A stretch of DNA of 64,000 bases, from contig CAWUVH010000006.1 of NCBI GenBank assembly GCA_963925895.1, positions 1,474 to 65,473 on the forward strand, written 5' to 3'. The stretch is from an uncultured Burkholderiales bacterium (lineage in GTDB: Bacteria; Pseudomonadota; Gammaproteobacteria; Burkholderiales; Eutrophovitaceae). The position numbers were made by a program, and so were the translations under genes. This document shows positions 61,362-64,000 of this stretch, piece by piece; position 1 is the stretch's first letter; each line of letters starts with the position of its first letter. Below the pieces are notes generated by a model. The model saw only the letters and a list, made by a program, of their open reading frames with translations, had not been told where the DNA came from and did no database searches.

Positions 61362-61377
61362 ATGCAATATATTGCAT
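61362..61377. promoter_or_regulatory. Candidate BoxR operator: perfect palindrome ATGCAATATATTGCAT (TGCA-N6-TGCA)
   Basis: A perfect 16-bp inverted repeat in the boxR/flavodoxin divergent intergenic region. It ends 28 nt upstream of the flavodoxin ATG, and a TATAAT hexamer lies at 61334-61339. BzdR/BoxR operators are reported to be built on TGCA repeats (from memory). Confidence 0.45.
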
Positions 61378-61405
61378 ATTATTATATGAGCTTGGAATAC
61401 AACAG

Positions 61406-61879
61406 ATGACAAAGCAGATCACAATCCTGATTGGTACCATGACCGGTAACGCTCAGTTAGTAGGGCAGGAGTTAGAGTTGAGATTTGATGGGGAGGGGAT
61501 TCAAGTCGAAACCGTGGACATGGATAAACTAACCTCGGATATCTTTGGTTCGGACGGCATATATTTAATATGCACATCAACTTATGGACAAGGTGATGTA
61601 CCTGATAATGCTAGGGCTTTTATAGAGAACCTTATAAGCTCAAAGCCCAATTTAAAAAACATACGTTATGGGTTAATTGCGCTAGGCGACCGCACCTATG
61701 CGGAAACATTCTGTTTCGGTGGGAAACGATTTGATGAGGTTTTACAAGAGTGCGGGGCTGAGCGTATCGGGGATATACTGATGCATGACGCCAGCTCTGG
61801 CACAATGCCAGAGGAGGAGGCGGCTGATTGGTCTGAAGGATGGTTGGAGTTGTGTGACCGAGATATGTCAGCTGATTGA
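61406..61879 (+). CDS. Short-chain flavodoxin-domain protein (MioC / sulfite-reductase-flavodoxin-like)
   Basis: 157 aa. FMN phosphate loop ILIGTMTGNAQ, the STYGQGDVPDN block and the ALGDRTY block. Confidence 0.82.
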   Translation: MTKQITILIGTMTGNAQLVGQELELRFDGEGIQVETVDMDKLTSDIFGSDGIYLICTSTYGQGDVPDNARAFIENLISSKPNLKNIRYGLIALGDRTYAETFCFGGKRFDEVLQECGAERIGDILMHDASSGTMPEEEAADWSEGWLELCDRDMSAD

Positions 61880-61994
61880 GCAAAGATAATCCAATTAACA
61901 ATCCACGGTGAAGCGAACCAGCGTGCCAAAAAGCAAGATTAGCAATTTGAAGTTTTATACGGCCGATCGCTCAACGAGCCCTCCGACCATCAAT

Positions 61995-63533
61995 ATGCCG
62001 CGACTGTTCAACGCGGCACATGATTTACTGGAGAGAAATATTGTAGAGGGTCGAGCGGCAAAAATTGCCTATATTGATGATGATGGACGCTATACATATG
62101 AAGAGTTGTGCGCACGTGTAAACCGTTCAGCGAACGCGTTACAAAAGCTAGGTTTGAAGATAGAGGATCGAGTGATGATTGTGCACTCTGACACCATCGA
62201 TTTTCCATCAGTATTTCTTGGTGCCATAAAATCAGGAATCATACCTATTGCAGTCAATACGCTGCTGACTCCAGACGATTACGAATTCATGATGAAGGAT
62301 AGTCGGGCGAAGGCGCTGATTGTGAGTTCATCGTTATTGGAAAAATTGGGTCATGCGATTACAGAGTCTGAGTATCTCGAACACATTATCGTTTCAGGAG
62401 ACTCGAACTCAGAATATCATCACTTACAAAGTCTCCAAAGCCAAGCAAGCAAGGATTGTGAGCCCGCGAGCACGTCATGTGATGATGTTTGTTTTTGGCT
62501 TTATTCATCTGGCTCAACTGGTGCGCCTAAGGGGACAGTCCACATCCACTCGAGCTTAACTTATACGGCCGAGCTCTACGCCAAACCAATTTTGGGGATA
62601 AAGGAAGACGATATTGTATTTTCTGCTGCCAAATTATTCTTTGCTTATGGGTTGGGGAATGGTTTGACATTCCCGCTCTCTGTAGGGGCCACAACGGTTT
62701 TAATGTCAGAAAGGCCCACGCCTGATTCCGTGTTTAAAAGAATTAAGGATCACCAACCTACAATATTTTATGGGGTGCCAACGTTATTCGGAGCAATGTT
62801 AGCAAGTGGTGATTTGCCGAGCAGGGATGAAGTTTCAGTTCGTGTCGCGACCTCGGCCGGTGAGGCGCTCCCCCCACAAATTGGGAAACGCTGGACGTCT
62901 CATTTTGGTAGTGAAATATTAGATGGAATTGGATCAACTGAAATGCTGCACATCTTTTTATCCAATCGACCAGGAGACGTACGATACGGGACCACTGGCA
63001 AACCCGTCCCAGGTTATGAGATACGCTTAGTGGGCGAAGATGGTTTAGATGTCCCTATTGGGGAGCTTGGGGAGCTCCAAATTAAGGGGCCGTCGTCAGC
63101 AAATTTATATTGGAATCAAAGGCAGAAATCAAAAGATACTTTTTGTGGTGAGTGGACCCGAGCGGGGGACAAGTATAGTTGTGATGAGCAAGGGTTTTAT
63201 ACTTACAGTGGACGATCAGACGATATGCTCAAAGTGAGCGGTTTGTACGTTTCGCCCTTTGAGGTCGAGGCGGTTTTAATGTCGCACCCTGCTGTGCTAG
63301 AAGCGGCTATAGTCGGCGATGAAGACGATGATAAGCTTACCAAGCCGCGAGCGTTCATTGTGTTGATCAGTGGTTCAGATGCCAACCAATCACTTGTTGA
63401 TGAATTGAAAGACTATGTTAAATCCAAGCTAGCCCCATTTAAGTATCCGAGGTGGATTGAGTTCGTGGAAGAGTTACCAAAGACCGCAACTGGTAAAATC
63501 CAACGGTTTAGGTTGCGTCAAAAAAATACGTGA
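61995..63533 (+). CDS. bclA: Benzoate-CoA ligase
   Basis: Adenylate-forming enzyme with YSSGSTGAPKG, a YGTTE-like GSTEM block and the C-terminal PKTATGKIQRF. Its context is the box genes. The start is uncertain: ATG 61995 or GTG 61908. Confidence 0.85.
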   Translation: MPRLFNAAHDLLERNIVEGRAAKIAYIDDDGRYTYEELCARVNRSANALQKLGLKIEDRVMIVHSDTIDFPSVFLGAIKSGIIPIAVNTLLTPDDYEFMMKDSRAKALIVSSSLLEKLGHAITESEYLEHIIVSGDSNSEYHHLQSLQSQASKDCEPASTSCDDVCFWLYSSGSTGAPKGTVHIHSSLTYTAELYAKPILGIKEDDIVFSAAKLFFAYGLGNGLTFPLSVGATTVLMSERPTPDSVFKRIKDHQPTIFYGVPTLFGAMLASGDLPSRDEVSVRVATSAGEALPPQIGKRWTSHFGSEILDGIGSTEMLHIFLSNRPGDVRYGTTGKPVPGYEIRLVGEDGLDVPIGELGELQIKGPSSANLYWNQRQKSKDTFCGEWTRAGDKYSCDEQGFYTYSGRSDDMLKVSGLYVSPFEVEAVLMSHPAVLEAAIVGDEDDDKLTKPRAFIVLISGSDANQSLVDELKDYVKSKLAPFKYPRWIEFVEELPKTATGKIQRFRLRQKNT

Positions 63534-63560
63534 GCACAATAAAAATTAAAAGGGGGAAAG

Positions 63561-64000
63561 ATGTCAATCAGTAATCGTCGTGAATTTATGGCCGGAGCTT
63601 CGGCTTTAGCTGGCTTATCTTTTTTGTCACTAGCTGGGTGTAACAAAACCAATAACGCCATCCGCGTGGGATTCATGCTTCCTTATACAGGGACATACGC
63701 GAAGCTTGGGACGGCCATTGAGAATGGGTTTAGATTGGCTCTAGCTGAGTTGGGGGATAAACCCTATGGAAAATCGATCGATTTTTTTACTGTTGATGAT
63801 GAATCAAATCCTGCAAAGGCGACTGATTACGCGAATAAGATCATGACGCGCGATAACGTCGATGTAGTCATTGGCACCGTGCATTCGGGCGTAGCTATGG
63901 GAATGATCAAAGTAGCAAAAGAAACTGGGACGTTAGTGATCATTCCTAACGCTGGAGCGAACGCAGCTACGGGTTCGATGTGTGCACCTAATGTATTTCG
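63561..64000 (+). CDS. ABC transporter substrate-binding protein (LivK/branched-chain or aromatic-acid type), 3' end cut by window edge
   Basis: This ORF is not in the supplied track because it runs off the window. The ATG at 63561 follows AGGGGGAAAG. The translation is MSISNRREFMAGASALAGLSFLSLAGCNK...IRVGFMLPYTGTYAKLG..., a type I periplasmic binding fold start. Such binding proteins commonly accompany box/bcl genes. Confidence 0.75.
   Translation, partial: MSISNRREFMAGASALAGLSFLSLAGCNKTNNAIRVGFMLPYTGTYAKLGTAIENGFRLALAELGDKPYGKSIDFFTVDDESNPAKATDYANKIMTRDNVDVVIGTVHSGVAMGMIKVAKETGTLVIIPNAGANAATGSMCAPNVF

Overview
This is a gene-dense chromosomal window; the longest intergenic gap is about 250 nt. 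I call 66 protein-coding genes (two cut by the window edges), one tRNA-Thr(UGU), three hairpin terminators and one candidate operator. I saw no rRNA, CRISPR array, IS/transposase, integrase, phage or plasmid genes. All calls come from reading the supplied translations and the DNA and from recalled family motifs; no database search or computation was run.

Synteny suggests a mid/low-GC betaproteobacterium (GC judged by eye at roughly the mid-40s %). The supporting blocks are prfA-prmC-grxD, hemCDXY-ppc, tlpA-aroQ-accBC-prmA-DUF3426, petABC-sspAB, sucCD, ilvIHC-psd-pssA-leuA and the box genes.

Bases 1-46,500 are housekeeping: translation, heme, CO2 fixation/anaplerosis, fatty-acid initiation, the bc1 complex, TCA, branched-chain amino acids and phospholipids. 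The one exception is a compact moaC-soxXYZA sulfur-oxidation module.

Bases 46,600-64,000 are more accessory:
- a CzcCBA-like tripartite RND exporter;
- a thioredoxin;
- an AcrAB/Mdt-like RND pair with no outer-membrane factor;
- an aerobic benzoyl-CoA (box) cluster, boxR-boxC-boxB, divergent from flavodoxin, benzoate-CoA ligase and an ABC binding protein.

Nothing here is a compelling, wholly new system. The best candidates for follow-up are:
1. the box cluster, which has no boxA next to boxB and instead has a short flavodoxin behind a BoxR-type palindrome;
2. the soxXYZA module, which has no soxB or soxCD, a monoheme SoxA and a SoxY arm ending GGCGEE;
3. the CzcCBA-like pump, which has a non-canonical TM4 charge motif and a divergent adaptor;
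4. a split DsbD-alpha/TlpA pair.
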